From Bispira polyomma (Eukaryota), in assembly GCA_965649765.1 (NCBI GenBank), contig OZ287749.1, forward strand, positions 46,128,001 to 46,192,000: a stretch of DNA of 64,000 nucleotides. The letters run 5' to 3'. A model generated the notes under the pieces. It saw only the letters and a program-made list of their open reading frames with translations, was not told where the DNA came from and ran no database searches. Both the position numbers and the translations under genes were made by a program. Of the stretch, positions 62,883-64,000 are shown piece after piece (the stretch's first letter is position 1; each line of letters opens with the position of its first letter).

Positions 62883-63061
62883 ATGTTGTTGCAACAAATC
62901 TTTATAAACAAGCATTGAAACATACAACACTTATACATGATCAAAATATACAAGTAGATGCAGTATATCAGAGTTTAATCCTAAAAGGTGCGAAGATAAG
63001 AAATCAGAAAGCAGACAAGAAAAGTTATTCAAAAGAACATGCATGCTGTTTGGGGGAGTAG
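62883..63061 (+). CDS. Second exon of putative secreted peptide precursor, copy 2 (DVVATNLYKQA...KADKKSYSKEHACCLGE*)
   Basis: Acceptor gtattttAG. Aligns to 60695-60870 with only one 3-nt indel and the same stop position. The upstream signal exon survives only as ..agcaaagccatag|gtttgt (about 62426-62443). Confidence 0.55.
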
Positions 63062-63399
63062 ATATTGGTCCAAAAGGAACATGGTAGCAGTATATGGTAT
63101 TGAACAAATGAATATTCATTCTTGTTGTTCTTGTCAGTTAACCAATGTTACAAAAACTGGATCACACCCAAATCTATACATCATATATTAGTAACCTGTT
63201 GAAACTGCAGATTTGTGCTCAGCCATGGCATAGAGGAAGCAATTGCTTTATATATGTAGATATTTTGATTCAAAATTATGTTGATATAGGTTTTATGAGA
63301 AAAACTATGGAGCCAATACATCTAATATATCTTATTAGTCTTTGCTGGTGCTATATCTCAAAAATATCTATATCTTACATATTTGCAAATGTTAGTTCA

Positions 63400-63581
63400 G
63401 TGAAAGCATGATGGAATAGAAATGACTTGAGTCATCTAGTCCTATATCTGATCTAGTCAGCTTATCAGTTAGAGTATTGTAATATTGCATGGTGAAAGCA
63501 TGGTGGAATAGAAATGACTTGAGTCATCTAGTCCTATATCTGATCTAGTCAGCTTATCAGTTAGAGTATTGTAATATTGCA
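63400..63581. repeat. Near-perfect tandem duplication, period 92 bp
   Basis: gtgaaagcatg.tggaatagaaatgacttgagtc...gtaatattgca occurs twice. Confidence 0.92.
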
Positions 63582-63840
63582 CTTCCCATTATAGAAACCT
63601 TTGCTTTTACTAAGAGTGTATTATCGAACATATACTAAGCCATCAGTACAACATGTACAATGTGCCTGCAATAAATTATATAAATAAATCTTTATTTCAG
63701 ACACGGAATGTCTCGAAATATATGCTTTTTTATAATTTAGGAACATAAAGGAAGGCCCTGGGATGCAGTGGTAATAAAGTTTCAGTCCAACAATATCACC
63801 AGGAACCAATACTGTTAAAAGGGCAACTTAATATAGATCA

Positions 63841-64000
63841 ATTTAGTTGGGTTTTCATGTCGCCTTCAACAGCTTAGGTCATATCATAAAGGCCAGAATC
63901 AATGGTAGAGGAAACCATTGTAAATCACTGGCCTATGGCAAGTACCTGACAAACTATCCCACACAAAGGAATCAACAGGAATCTAACCCACACTGGTGAG
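63841..64000 (-). mobile_element. SINE family B, runs off the window end
   Basis: Reverse complement reads ctcaccagtgtgggttag...tgtgggatagtttgtcaggtacttgcc...gacctaagctgttgaaggcgacatgaaaacccaac. Confidence 0.75.

Overview
AT-rich, intron-containing animal genomic DNA; the SINE, MITE and L2 complement suggests a marine invertebrate, probably a mollusc (inference). There are two N-gaps. Recognisable genes: the last four exons of an SLC5 (SGLT/SMIT-type) sodium:solute symporter (+, 410-3850); a spliced peroxiredoxin-5 (+, about 10550/13088-16334) with an unusual CxxC at the resolving cysteine and an extended tail; an intronless 340-aa low-complexity ORF whose C-terminus resembles PRR18 (-, 27520-28542); and an intronless MAP10/KIAA1383 (-, 37942-40719). 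The rest is largely decayed mobile DNA: several L2-clade LINEs, at least three tRNA-derived SINE families, MITEs with diagnostic TSDs (Tc1/pogo-, hAT-, MULE- and Harbinger-like), a MADF-encoding Harbinger-like relic and a truncated DIRS retrotransposon. The most interesting unannotated signal is at 60.4-63.1 kb, where the ORF track misses copy 1: a two-exon gene for a small secreted pre-pro-peptide (signal peptide, pro-region, KK, then SYSKEPACCTGK*). Its second exon is tandemly duplicated with the reading frame, the KKSYSKExACCxG motif and the stop position conserved. All coordinates were read by eye; no searches were run.
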